64,000 bases of DNA, taken from contig JAHRHZ010000267.1 in NCBI GenBank assembly GCA_024137785.1, positions 56,891,245 to 56,955,244 on the forward strand. Direction: 5' to 3'. This stretch comes from Ginglymostoma cirratum. Its lineage: Eukaryota. A program made the position numbers and the translations under genes. The notes below the pieces were generated by a model. The model saw only the letters and a program-made list of their open reading frames with translations. It was not told where the DNA came from and did not search any database. This document shows, piece after piece, positions 37,737-50,228 of the stretch. How positions within the stretch are numbered: position 1 is the stretch's first letter; each line of letters opens with the position of its first letter.

Positions 37737-39119
37737 CTCCAAGGATCAATAAAGAGGAAGTTGGAAAGCAACGGCTCACCTGCCAGTCACGACAAAATCA
37801 ATGATCTGTCGGATGGCACGTTCTCGGGCGAGGTTAAAAGGATCTGTCTTGACGATGTCAGTCTTCCGATGGGTCAGGGCGATGCCTCCAGCGTCCTTCG
37901 CCCCGATGTGCAAAGCTCCTCACTTCCAATTGGGCACCGCAGCCAGGCCCTGCAGACTCCTGCCTCCATGGGCCCCTCTTTAGGTTGTGTAGCCCCGGGC
38001 ACCAATGCGGGCCTCATGGGCAGCAACCAAGCCAACGGGAATGACATTAGCTCACAATTTGCGGTGACATCCAATGCGGAGATGAAACCCAGCGTGGGGG
38101 ATGGTCACAGCATGTTCTCGTTTGACTCCAAGGGGGTGAACAATATGCAAACGATGGATCAGGACTTGGAGGACCTTCTGGAGGAGTTGACAAACATGCC
38201 GAATCCTCCCCTCAACGAACTCGACCTTTTGACCAACAGGAACGACCCGCTGAACCTGGGCCTCGTGCAGACAAGTCAGGGCAACACTCGAAAGCCATCG
38301 CCTCAGGCGGCCTCCCATCTGGAGAACGCCATACCCAGCCGAGAGTTTTCTCCCATTTACAGTCAGGCGCCGGCAGGATCCCCCCAGCGAAGGCCCCCGT
38401 CGACAGGTACCTCATATCCGTTACCGGCGCCGCCCAACCCCATGCCACTGCCTATGTCTTCGACGTCACAAAACCAAGGGACGAACCAGGCCCAGCCGCC
38501 ATTGCTGTCCAGCACCAGCGCTAACCGAGTTGGGACCAACTGGCACGAACTGTCGCACGCTCAGCAGTTGAAGAAGATAGCGGCGAGCCAGCATCAGCGT
38601 TCTGTCACCCAGCAGTCACACCCGCAGCAGGGCCAGGCGGCCAACTGGCCCCCGGTGGCTTCCTCCGGGCCTTCCCCGCCCTACCAGCCGGACAAGTTGC
38701 CGAGCCCCTCCCTGCACCAGCAGCCGTTCAGCCCCCCGAGCGCCATACTGCCCAGCATCCCCGCGTCGAGCGGCACAATGCAGAGTTACCTGTACAACAA
38801 GGCGCCGTCCAGCCAGTCCAACCGCATCCCCATGATGGTGCAGCAGCCGGCTGGCCTGAGCCAGGGTCCGGTGACTGACAACTCCCTGCCTTCCGAGCAG
38901 CTCTCGTTCAGCAACACCAAGCCGCTGTCGCACTTTGACCCTGACCTACCTGCTCAGAAGATGCCGCAGGTGGCAGGGGCTCAGAGCCAGCCCTCGGTGG
39001 TGCATTACATGCAAAGGTCCGCCGCAGCCGCTCAGCAGCCGACACCCCTGCAGCTACAATTTCGAAACAAGCTACGAATGCACCAGATGAGACTTCAGGG
39101 CGGCCTTCAGCAGTCATCG
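37737..39119 (+). CDS. MAMLD1: Large internal coding exon (equivalent to MAML exon 2) of a Mastermind-like transcriptional coactivator, most likely MAMLD1; 461 codons, phase 0/0
   Basis: Polypyrimidine tract and acceptor ttctcatttctttcag|CTC at 37736/37737; donor TCG|gtaaga at 39119/39120. Open frame LQGSIKRKLESNG...QQSS. Motifs recalled from MAML2/MAMLD1: LQGSxKRK, KRICLDDVSLPMG, DQDLEDLLEELTN..P..NELDL, WHELSHAQQLKKIAAS, GPSPPYQPDKLPSP, LSFSNTKPLSHF..QKMP..QPSVVHY. KRICLDDVSL, NGN..SQF, SHLEN, GPSPPY..KL and FSNTKPLSHF fit MAMLD1 better than MAML2. GC and CpG are clearly higher than in the flanking intron. Confidence 0.85.
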
Positions 39120-39207
39120 GTAAGAGTTTTCTAAAAAGGAACGGCTGACGCAATGGCTTTCATGTTTCTTTGAACCTGTCAAAGGCGAGTTCTTGCGCGA
39201 GCAAGTT

Positions 39208-39590
39208 ACTGCAGAGGCTGGAATCTGTACTGGAAACAAAAAAGTGCTGGAGATCACAGCGGGTCAGGCAGCGTCCATGGAGACAGCAAGCTAACGCTTC
39301 GAGACTTGACGACTTCAGAGCTAGAATGAAGTGTGTTTGTGGAGGTGGGGTGGGAGTGCTGGGGGAGAAAGCATGTTGATCGTTCAGATTAAGTGATCAG
39401 AATGTGAGAATCTGAATGTCAACATCCTTTCTTCCCCCAGCGCGCGCACACCCCCACCACAGCTCCCCCGCGCAACACCACTGATGAATAGTGAGATGCT
39501 GATGAATAGTCATCTAGACTCAAAACATTAGATTGCTTTTTATCCGTGGATGCTGCCTGATCCAGTGATCTCCAGCATTTCTTTGGTTTG
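39208..39590. mobile_element. Fold-back Penelope-derived element immediately downstream of the exon
   Basis: Outer arms 39234-39281 / 39543-39589 (tgctggagatcac...tcaggcagc.tcca.gga / tccgtggatgctgcctga...gtgatctccagca); inner arms 39344-39390 / 39409-39460 (gctgggggagaaagcatgttga..ttcagatt / aatctgaatgtcaacatcctttcttcccccagc). Confidence 0.8.
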
Positions 39591-40742
39591 AAGGTTCATT
39601 CTTGGCTATTAGAACTCCAGAAATTCTAACATGTACTTGGTAGCCATTTTAATAAATGATCCCACAATTACAAGCTGCCTTCTAATAGCTTATAACAACA
39701 TGAAAATGCAGACTTCATTGAAAAGTTTCGTATGAATATAATGCCTTTCAAGGATAGGCCTGCCATTAAAGTTGTTTGCCTTAGACCTCTCTAAAGTAGC
39801 CACTGTTTCCAGCAGGATTTTCTGATTTCCCCTCATAAGGTGTGCCAGCCAATGTTACTCTAAACCCAGTAGCCATCTCTAGATTGCAAAGTACATGCTT
39901 TTACCACTTGCGAGTTGGGATTTACAGAGTGCATCCTGCACAGAAACAGGCCATTCTGCCAAATCTGTCTGTGTGCTCCACTCCAAAACTTTTCCATGTC
40001 TTTCTTCATAGGAATCTAACATTGTAATCCTCTCTTCCCTTCTGTCTTGCATGTTTGTTTAACTTGTCCCTGGTAACTATGGTTTGGCAAATATCTATTT
40101 AAATGGAGCATTCAGTTTTCATTAAATGAATTGAAAGTATGTTTCCTGGTGCCAGTACATTTTTTTTTTTAAAAAGAATGAATTCTCTCTGCTGTCTTCA
40201 GCTTATGTGTCACTACCCCCCTCTTCACCACAAGACCATGTCCTTCCATTAAGACTCCATTTAGCTGGGGATCAGTGTTGTCCAGGATTGAGCATTGCTT
40301 TTAAAGAAATGATTTTGCCAAAGTCAAAGTCAGGTGAATATGATAATAGTTTAGAGCAGCTAAAAATGACAACACCGTCCAAGAAGCTAGCAAAAAGTAA
40401 GTCTTTTGGTTGATGGTTTTACCGGCATCTTTGAGCAGTACTTCAATGTTAAAATTTTGTAGAAATAAGAATACCATTGCCCCATTCAAGGACTTCTGAC
40501 TTGCAAATCAAGGAGTATTGATGACAAGATTTCATTTAATAATCTTGCAGGTAATGTTGCTTGAAATGTGGTAGAAAAAATAGTTAGTCCTAGTGTGTTT
40601 TGAAATTCCCAGACACTTGCTTATTGAAGAGTACTGTGATATCCTAAGGCTTTCAGTTTAGCAGACTGGTTTTGAACTGATAATACTGACTGTAAAACAG
40701 ATTTGGTCAAAATGGGAAAGTGACCTAGTGTTCCCTCTTGTA

Positions 40743-40980
40743 GGTGTAGCTCAGTGGCAGCACGCACATCTGAGAATAGAAGGCCACGAGTTTGAGTCTT
40801 TGCTGTGAGGTTTTGCACATCTAATCCAGGCTGACACACCAGGGCAGTGCTGTGCTACTGAAGGCGCTGTCTTTTGGATGAGACTTTAAACTAAGCCTCA
40901 AACTCCCTTTTTGGTTGGATGTAAAAGAAGAGCAAGGGAGTTCTCTCTCGTGTCCTGGCCAATTTTAATGCCTCAAACAA
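40743..40980 (+). mobile_element. Deu-type SINE
   Basis: tgtagctcagtggcagcac...gcacatctaatccaggctgacac...ttttggatgagactttaaac...gggagttctc...gtcctggccaat. Confidence 0.6.
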
Positions 40981-41044
40981 TTTTTCCAGGAATTAAAAAG
41001 GTTGAAATGTGTAAATGGATTGTCAGATTAGACTTGTATTTCCT

Positions 41045-41215
41045 CAAATGTTGAAAATTCAGGGGTGATCTAATTAGCATGTTTAAAGATGATCAAAGCA
41101 TTTGATAAGGTAGATAAGGATGAGCAATTTTCCTCCATTGAAGATGATTACCACAAAATTAATCTGGTTGATTAGGGATGATGTCAAGAAGCACTTCTTC
41201 ACAGAAGGGTAGGTC
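41045..41215 (+). mobile_element. Old CR1 fragment
   Basis: ggggtgatctaatt...gtttaaagatgatcaaagcatttgataaggtagata...aagcacttcttcacagaagggt. Confidence 0.45.
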
Positions 41216-41229
41216 GAAATTCACCCAGG

Positions 41230-41535
41230 CTCTAAACACAGCACCTTCCAATCTCATGACCATCTAGAAGGACAAGGGCAGCAGATACATGGGTACACCA
41301 TCCCTGCAAGGTCCCTTCCAAGCCATTCACCATTCTGACTTGGAAATATGTCATCACTCCTTCAGTGTCACAGGGTCAAAAATCCTGGAATTCCTTCCCT
41401 GAGGGCATCGTGGGTCAACCTCCAGCATATGAACTGCAGCAATTGAAGAAGGCAGCTCACTACCACCCTCTCGGGGATGGACCATAAATGCTAGCCCAGC
41501 CAGTAATGCCCACATCCAATGAGTGAATTTTAAAA
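41230..41535 (+). mobile_element. LINE 3' end (catgggaacaccacc family)
   Basis: catctagaaggacaagggcagcagatacatggg...cttggaaatat...gggtcaaaaatcctggaattccttcc...gcccacatccaatgagtgaat. Confidence 0.65.
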
Positions 41536-42714
41536 AAACAACTAGAACTGTCTCCTGCAAAGGGAAATACAAATCAACCATTACTTAAGTAGATAGTAGA
41601 ACAGGCTCGAATGGTCTTTTGCTGTTCGAATGTTCCCATCAATGGGATCTTGTTGTGCACTCACTGCTGTGCTTCCTGTAAAGGGAACAACAGAAGTGCT
41701 TAATTGGCTGCAAAGTACTTTTGAATGGCCTGTTTCAGAGAAAGGCTCTAAAATGTTGCTTTAATTTCTTTCTATCTCATCCAGAAAACTGCTTTTGTAA
41801 ATCTCTAATATCACAGCAAAAGTAATAAATTATTGCCATACCAGTGCTTTCCAACCATTATCACTTTAAAGTCCACCAGCTCAAAATCAATTGATAACCC
41901 TCTCACTACAGATTGTGCTTGTGCTTTGAGCCACAGTGAATGAAAGCATGTCTAAAGAATGCAAATCCAAAACTGGTGGGTTATACAGGAGAATGGAAAT
42001 GGCTGCTGAACACTGGTCATTTTTTTTTCCTCTCTCTCATCCCTGATGTCTGGGCGGTAAGTATTCTTTTTCTGGGAATGACTCAAGCAGACCAGCAGAT
42101 AGGTCAAAGTTCACAGCGAGGCAGAGATTTGTGGGCGAAGGTATGTGGAAGGTAGCCAGCTGGAGAGGGAACAAAAAAGCCATGAAATGCGATCTCTCTA
42201 ACAGGCATTGGAAACACAGCTAGCAGCTGTTGTATGGTCCTGAAACTTTTTATGCGTGTGTTCTTGTTAGTGCTGTGAATGGAAAGATGTGCATTTTACT
42301 TTAACACAAATATGCTTATATCAATGCTGTTTTCACTACATGTGTGAACTGAGTAGTTCAAAACAGTGTTTGGCCTCTGTTTCTACCTACATAGTTAAAA
42401 ATGCAAGTGTACAATCTCAATGAGGTAAGTAAGGTTTTTTTTTTGGCCACAGAGACCTCTGTTGTCTGGCAGTATAGAGTGAGTGAGCTTATGTTGAAAA
42501 TATTCTTGCTTCCTTCTAGGCTTTTAAGGAATGTGTAACCGTGTTGAGGATGTTCAAATTAAAATGAAATTCTCCACCACACCCCTCGACACCACACTTC
42601 CTCCCCCCCACCCAAAAAAAGAACTCTATGCTGCCCCCTTCCTTTCAGATTTTAGACTATTGTAGCTGGCTGTTGGGTTTGTTTGAACTATGGAGTAAAT
42701 ATCCAAAAACCTGA

Positions 42715-42905
42715 CAGAGAGAGAGAGACACACAGACAGGCGGACAGGGTTGGGGAGAGAAGGAGGGACAGCAGAAGAGAAAGAACTATAGAGGGAGAGA
42801 AATGGAGCCAGAGTACGAAGGAAAGGCAGACAAGGGTGAGACAGCCGTGCTAGTCATGGAGGGAGGGAGCGAATTGGGGGAGGAAGAGAGATTGAATAGA
42901 GACAG
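42715..42905 (+). repeat. Purine-rich (GA) low-complexity tract
   Basis: cagagagagagagacacacagacagg...ggagagaaggagggacagcagaagagaaag. Confidence 0.55.
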
Positions 42906-44214
42906 AACATTTTGGGAAAAAAGAGCTAGATTTGATTTCAAAGGTCTGTGACAATGATAATGCCAGACTGTGAGCTTTTGAGTGTAAGCAGCTTCTGAAC
43001 TACAGCAGCAGCCCCTACAGCTAATTGAGTACCTTTTGAATAGGCGAATAAAGGATGATGAATCAGTACTGTCTTGGAGCGGTGAGCTAGATGTTTGGTT
43101 TCATGTTTTCTCACTGGTGTTAGCAATGACTTGCTTAGTGGTCATTTGTTTGTTTTTCGAGTATAGCAATTGTGCCCCAAGGTGCTGCACTTACATTCTG
43201 CGTATTGATATTAAAAGAACTGTCACTCAGCAGAATCAGAAAACTTTGACAAACCTTTCAACTTGGGCAAATTCAGGACCCCTGAAGTTGACATCTGTCC
43301 ATCCCTGGTGATAATGGACTGAACCCACAGTGTGGGTCACTTCTGGGTGGGACGTTGTCTGTTGTGAAGGTAGTTATTTTCTAAAAACATAATTGAAGGT
43401 ACACTTTGCCATCATTTTAAAAAAATGTACACTGGTCTGCTCAAAGAATATTGTTCTGCTCTCTCAACCGATAAATCCTGCAAAAAAAAAAACAACAGCT
43501 TCAAACTCGAATAAAACTGGAGATTGTCACGCATTCTGACATTGCTTTATTCTAAACTGCTGGTGCCATGGGAAACTTTATACCAAAAAAGCTACTCTGA
43601 GCAGACTGGGTAAGTAATGTTTGGAGCCAGTTGTTTTGCAGCACTAGATCAGCCAGTTAGAGTATTGATGGTGGCTGACACCATGACCTACAGGCTTGAT
43701 GAGTAGAAAGATTCATTGGCTCACGACCCAGCTATCTTAAGGGGTATTCAGTGTTAGAAAAGAACAGATTAGATAGTTGCCAATACTTCTATGTTGCGCT
43801 GCCTCCTGCTGACTAAGCCACAGAACAGTCATGATCTTGAAAACAACAACAAAGTCTTCAGTTTATTAATACTCTTTCGCCCACTTTCTTTCCTCCCACT
43901 CTCTCAGGTTCTTTTTTATTTTTTTGTAGCTTTTTCCCTTCTTTTTCTCTTTTTGGCTGTTTTTCTTTCTCTCCTCCACTAGCACTGCCTCCCTAAAGGC
44001 TGAGATGAAACAACAGTGACACGAGGACTGACAGAGCAAAAAGCTCGTCCACAGAATGAAAGTTAATAGAGGGGTGGGGTGGGAATCTCCTTTCAAAAAT
44101 AACATCTTCATTTTCAGTATTCCACAAGTAGTTACATCTTCCACCTGCTAGAAATGACATTTCAAGCTGTTAATTCAGTCACATTGATGTTGTGCGCAAA
44201 TGTAAACAGGGGGA

Positions 44215-44415
44215 GGGGTCCATCAGCTTGTTTGGCTAGATGCAAGGGCGGAGTGGTGCCAACAGCGCAAGTTCAGTTCCCGCATTGGTAGAGGTCACTC
44301 TGAGTTCCCAACCTTACCTGGGGCACCCCTGTGATGACCTTCAGGTTAAACTCCATGCCAGTCATCTCTCTTATGAGAGAGCAGTCTGTGGCCCTCTGAG
44401 GCTGTAGAGACTTGC
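44215..44415 (+). mobile_element. tRNA-derived SINE, second family
   Basis: gtgccaacagcgcaagttcagttccc...gatgaccttcaggttaaac...cagtcatctctc...gagagagcag; paralogous to 28873. Confidence 0.55.
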
Positions 44416-47400
44416 ATGTATGTGAACCTGTTGTATCCACTTTGGTGTCACACTGCCCTGGGAAACCTAATCTAATTATGAGCAAGGATACTAAAGTCAA
44501 CTAAACCTGTGTCTAATATCAGTTCCCCAAAGCTTGAGTGGATTGAAACTACGCAATTTTTTTTTTAAGTTAAAGAAACACTTGAGTATTTTTTAAGATA
44601 GCTGAAGAGAACAACAAAGCAAGGATTGTATTTTTTGGACACTGTGAACAGAACTTCCAAGTTTGTAGCTGAGGTTTGATGTTAGTAGTGCAAGTTCCAG
44701 AAATATTCCAGCAAGGCAGCATTCTTATTCCAATGACGTGTCTGATTAACCTGTAGCAAGTTAAAGCCACATCAAAGTGAAATGAGATACAAGCTGGCAA
44801 ACTCTCAGAAATATGTAGATCAAAAGTTTTTTTTTTTTCCATTCCGCCTAATCTGTTTTTTAAGCAATTGAAAATTCTTCAGTTGAAATGCTTATTTAAC
44901 TAAAGAAAATGGGTTTGTACATGAAAAACATTGCTCAATAGAACAGGCACTATCTACAAGCAAATTGAAATAAGCAATCTTTTTGTAAGAAATTAAAAGT
45001 ACTTGGAATGAAAATGAGTTCCTTTTTAACAAAAAAAAGGGTTTGAAGTTCACTTTCAATTTCCCCAGAGTCACTCTTCAGCTGATGGGAGAAAGTGGAG
45101 CTGGACTTTTTGGAGAAATTCTGTGTAAGTGGGGAAATGGTAATTATTGTAAACAGAAACTTGCTCTGGCTTATGAAACCTCAGCTAGTGAAGAGGATGC
45201 AAAACAGACACGGTTTCATAAGGCTGTGTAGGACCTTTGTACAAGCATACTGAGGATGAATCAGAGTTTAAATATCACTCACTCCAGCTTTCAGTGGCCC
45301 GATTTCACCTCAGTGAGACATGTATTATGATCTAATTTTCATTAGTAAATGGTTGGGCCTGTACGTTTTAGTTGAATTACTAGAAGTCAGTGAAAGAAAT
45401 CTCTATTTTAGTGAGCAAAGCAACAGAATTATGATGATAATAAGCCCTTGTCGAATTCAAGGTTTCAGAATGACTTCCTGCATCATCTCCCTTACAAAAT
45501 GAAGTTTGTTTCTTCCTGCGGCATCAATGAACAGTATATACTGTTTAATACTTGCATTTCCTCAAATTGTATTGTGAGCTTTTCATTCTTATTTATTTCG
45601 CTTTGGCACAATGGCATAGTTGATTTGCTTGGATGCCAAGCCTATTCAACTATGCTGTTCTCACAGTATTTATTTGGTGTTTAAAATTTGGGAAAAATCA
45701 ATCTCATTGGTTCTGCCCAATTGCACCGCCAATGAAAAGTTGAATTGAAACATGATGAAATGTGAGGCTTAGACTCTCAATGCCATTCTGTGAAGGTTTA
45801 GAGTTTCCCCACAAACCCCTCAGGAATTTCATTAATAGAAGGTTTTTCTTTAGGGGAGAAATGTAGAATTGGCCAGCAATTAAAGTGAAACAGTTCAGCC
45901 TCCTGGTGATATGAAAACTGGAGGTGTGGTGCCCATAAATGATATTTTAATCAGATTCTCATTCTACTGAATGATCTGCGTTTACCTTCTTTCTACTTCC
46001 GTGGAAAGTGATTTTATTTAATCCACATTTGAGCTCAATCAGTCTTCAAAAGCTTTTCTCCGAAACCACTTTGGAACTTTGCCTTCCTTTCTTGAAACAC
46101 AGACACAATAAATTGTGTGCACAGAACATTTTGCTTATGCTGGGTGGCACCAGTTCCCAATTTGTGGCATCCTCTAGGAGACTGGGGGCATTCGATTTGT
46201 CTGGTGGCAGCAGTGTCAATGCAACTGGTTAAAAGCTGATTGAGGCCTAATCGGCAAGGAGATAAGATCATGAATGTTGCAGGTTAAGCTGACTACCTTC
46301 GCATTGTATTTGGTGATGACTGTACTGGTGCATGCAGAGGAAATGGAGAATGGATTGTGTAGCAAGTGTTTCTTTTTTCAACTACAAAAATAAATTGCAA
46401 ATTTCTGCATTATGGTTTTAAAAGAAATCCCCCTTTCATATTGAGTGTAAAAATATTACAACTGCAGTGGTGGCTGGAATTTGTAAATAAGGAGCAAAAT
46501 ACCAACAATACCCCAAGGTAGATTGCTAGATCAAGGATGGCAAAAGCTAATCTCTGTTTGCCTGCCTTGTTTTGTGCATCCGTGTCTCCAAATATTTCAC
46601 TGTCTTAGGAGTGATGTGGGAATGAATAGCCATAACTGGGCTCAATGTCAATATAGTCAAATCTTCGTACCCCATTTTGTTTAGCAACAATCTTGCTATG
46701 TCTGCTTTTGATCAGGCAATGTTACCATAGCTTATTACCCATTTTAAAAGAGGCAGTGTTTCTGTATTGATTCTCGTTGCGCTGTTTCTGTAACGCGTTG
46801 AACTTGGCAGAAGTGCCAGATGCAGTGTTGTTTCTAAATTATCTACAATATGCATATACAAATTCTCAGTCATTAGTTCTGACCAAGTAGGCAGGCATGT
46901 CAAATAAGTTGGGGCTGCCAGGGATTCAGTTTCTAACTGGGACCTAGTTAGATGCACTGACCCAGAGAAGACAATCCATGTGCTGTGTTGAGTTGACGAT
47001 TTGCCCGGGATGCCAGTGATGTCTGTTGTCCCCTATAACATTTCCCAGATGTTGAATGCTGTGACTATTCCCATGTCCAGAGCTGCCTTTCAGGACCTGC
47101 ACCAGAAATTAACTAACCTAGACATCCACATGCTGCCCAGGTTAACCCTGGAATAGACAAGCCATTGATACCTCCTCACAGCTAGGAGCAGTGTTCAATC
47201 AGACACTGGAGATCAGTGGCTGATCACGGGTGGGAGCAGTGTTCAACCAGGTGCTGGGGATCCACGGTGATTCTTGGCGGGGAATCTGGAAAATTTGTAC
47301 TACCCTCACCGTCCCTTTCTGCTTGCTCCCTTATGGCCAACTCTGTGCTGTGTTCCTGGCAGGAATGATTCCCTCTGCAGCTGTGAAGCATAGGAGCCTC

Positions 47401-48049
47401 TTTGTGTTTCTGTTAGCCAAGGAAGAGCTCAGCAACTCTCACTTGTCCTGATTGGCGGATGTTCGGATCAGAGTCCCCTGGCAATAAGGGGACTATTTTG
47501 AGAAAAGTGGCAATTTTTTTTGTATCGAAATAAAGAAGCAAAAATGATAAAAAGTCATGAATCCAGGAGTTAAAACGTTTCAAGTGTATTCTAATGGATC
47601 CCTGCTCACTGGGAGATTTTCGGTTTTGCTCATGACAGGCTGTTTGAATTTGGATCAATTTTTTTTTTAGCACCAGCGACGTGTGTATCCCAGCAAAATG
47701 AGCTGAAACCAAGCATTGTGGGACCTCTGTTAATGAAAGTCAGAAAGGAACTTCTCTAACTAGAGAGTGAACAAGTTGGGCTGGTTCGAAAGCTTTTCCA
47801 GTGAAGTTTTATATGAAATATATTCTGTGCTGTGACCATTGCTTCTTGAAATGTTTAAGTGGACACAACAGTTTGGCAGCATCAGTTCATGGAAAGAATT
47901 GATGTTCTGAAAGGACTGAGCCCAGTTTCTAAGCACTATTTAGAGAGAAGGATTTGATCTGAACAGATTAAATTTTACTACACACTGGGTTTTAAAGCAA
48001 ATTTAAAATTCTTATCTCCACAAGATAACTTACCCACACTGGGGAAGGT

Positions 48050-48050
<1 letters not shown>

Positions 48051-48092
<42 letters not shown>
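48051..48092. repeat. (GT)21 microsatellite
   Basis: Perfect dinucleotide run. Confidence 0.97.
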
Positions 48093-48094
<2 letters not shown>

Positions 48095-48529
48095 ATGTAT
48101 GTAATCAAGATGGCAAGCCACAATTATGGTCCATTAATAGAAGCTTTCAGTACTTTGCCATGTGATATCTAACTGGTTTGACAGATTCCTGTGGGAGCAA
48201 TTTCAGACCTACTTATAAATGTGCCAGTCATGGTTCCTGGGTTGTGTTGTCTTCATTAACACAAATGTTATTTTCCATTTTGCACGTGGGTGTTCTGAGG
48301 GTCTCGGTTTATCTCTCTATTCTTCCCGTTCTGGTTCAGGACCACGCTTAGATTGTTGGTGAGAAGCCTGTTTCTCGGCCTCTGACTTATTGCACTTGTC
48401 ATTGGATTATACCACAGTATGTGACTGTGCCCTCCTCTTCCTCAACATGGAGACCAGATACTACATGGAGTCCCACTTGAATTTAAAATTGGTAGCTCTG
48501 TGTTCAACTCTCTCTGTGATCTGGCCTTT

Positions 48530-48830
48530 TCGTCTCTCTCTATGACCTCCTGCACCCCTTCCACCTCTGGGAACGCCACGCTCCTCTGATTCCAGCTACC
48601 TAAGAATGACCAGTGTCTTTTGTCCCACTGTCAACTTCTGTGCCTCTTTCTGTTTCAACCCAAAGCTCTAGAACTCCCTTCTCAATCTCTTCATGTCTCT
48701 TTCTGCCTTTTAAAATGCTCCTTAAAACATACATCTCTGACATTGCTTTTGGGCATCTGGCCTAATGCCTCCTGTTTCAGTTGGGTTTTCTTGTTATGAC
48801 GGCTATGAAGCTCCTTGGGACATTTTACAA
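48530..48830 (+). mobile_element. L2-like LINE 3' end
   Basis: ctcctctgattcc...aagctctagaactccct...gctccttaaaacatacatctctgac...tgaagctccttgggacattttac. Confidence 0.6.
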
Positions 48831-49584
48831 CATGAATTTTAAGTTTTGGTGTGAAGTGGCACGATTTTGCAAATGTAATTTATATCTTAAAATGATATTC
48901 ATACATGGGGTTGAACAGACACTATTATGTAGAGTGCAAACACCATTCTTTTTAAATGTTAATACTGTGTTCTTTTGCTGCAGTGAACTCAGTCTGTAAT
49001 GATTGTATTTTGTATCTTAGTGCTGAAAAAAAAACTAATGCCACCAGAGACCTGTTTTTCCTTTTTACTTATTTCAATGAAATGTCAGGTTTCTAAAGTC
49101 ACAATTTTTTTCATTTTGTTTTTGCAATTTTGCATTCTCCAAAGTGTCAAAAAGGCACTGCAAAGTATGAAACTACTTGGAACCCAAAGTCGAAGCTTTT
49201 AAGCCAATAATGAAGACAGTGTGCATTTTAATATAGGCTTTGGAACACTGGGGAGCCTCCTGCCCTGAAGGAACACTGAAGATTAGATTGTGTTGATCCA
49301 ATGTATTTTTTCACTTTTTTTTTTAAAGGAGACTCATTTTTGTCTGATACAGAGCAATAAGAGGCTGTTGTGTGGCTGGTGATTCCAGTGACACCTTGCC
49401 CTATTTTACCACAAAGTGAAGTTGGTGAAAACTCCATTGCCAGCAGTTGTCACCAGGAATGTGGGACCTATTAAGGCCAGAAGAACTGGGAGCAGGAGTG
49501 AGCTCACAATATGATATGATATCGTATCAAAGAATCATTTACTCATCCCCATAATGCCATGCCTAAAAGAATTTTGAGCTTTTC

Positions 49585-49922
49585 TGTATTCTTTCGTAGG
49601 ATGTAGATGCCACTGGTAAGGCCAGCATTTGTTGCTCATCCCTAACTACCCTTGCACTGCATGGCTTGATTGGCCATTTCAAGGAGCTTGGAGTCAAATA
49701 CTGGCCAGACTAGATAAGGATAGAAAACATTAATGATCCAGGTAGGTTTTTACAACTTTCGATGACTGTTTCATGGTCATCACTATTGAGACTAAATTTA
49801 TAAGTTATAAATTTAAATTGCCCTAACTGCCATGATGGGTTTTGAGTCTGTGCTCCAAATTGCCAACCTTGGCCATGGGATTACTAGCTCAGTGACATTA
49901 GCATTGAGCTGACATCTCTCCC
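49585..49922 (-). mobile_element. Shark SINE-like repeat (gtaggccagaccaggtaag family)
   Basis: aaggccagcatttgttgctcatccctaact...ggccagactagataagga...ggattactagctcagtgacatta. Confidence 0.6.
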
Positions 49923-49944
49923 CTTACTACTGTGGTCTTTTGAG

Positions 49945-50228
49945 GACATAGGAACCGGAGCAGGCCATTGTGTTCTGTCATTCAGTGACATCATAGCTGA
50001 TCTGTGGTGTAACTCCACATACCTGCCTTAGGCCCGTTTCCCTTAATACCCTTTGCTTAACAAAAATTTATCCACCTCAGATTTAAAATTAACAACTGAC
50101 CCAGTATCCACTGCTGTTTGTAGAAGCGAGTTCTAGGCTACCACCCTTTGTGTGTGGAAGTGCTTCAAACATCTCTCCTGAATAGTCTGGCACTAATGCT
50201 TAGACTATGACCTCTAGTTCTGGAAAGC
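49945..50228 (-). mobile_element. CR1 LINE 3' end
   Basis: gacataggaaccggagcaggccatt...catagctgatctg...ccaccctttgtgtgtggaagtgcttc. Confidence 0.7.

Noticed and set aside
37761-39134. 457-aa ORF treated as a complete single-exon gene
   Set aside because: The start is a TTG inside the exon. The frame extends to a splice acceptor at 37737 and a donor at 39119/39120 precedes the stop.
37801-39153. Short antisense and alternate-frame ORFs over the exon
   Set aside because: Shadows of GC-rich coding sequence with no recognisable motifs.
42050-43616. Strong gtaagt donor-like sites (about 42057, 42425, 43610) as further MAMLD1 exons
   Set aside because: No matching acceptor plus open frame with Mastermind-like Q/P/S composition could be identified.
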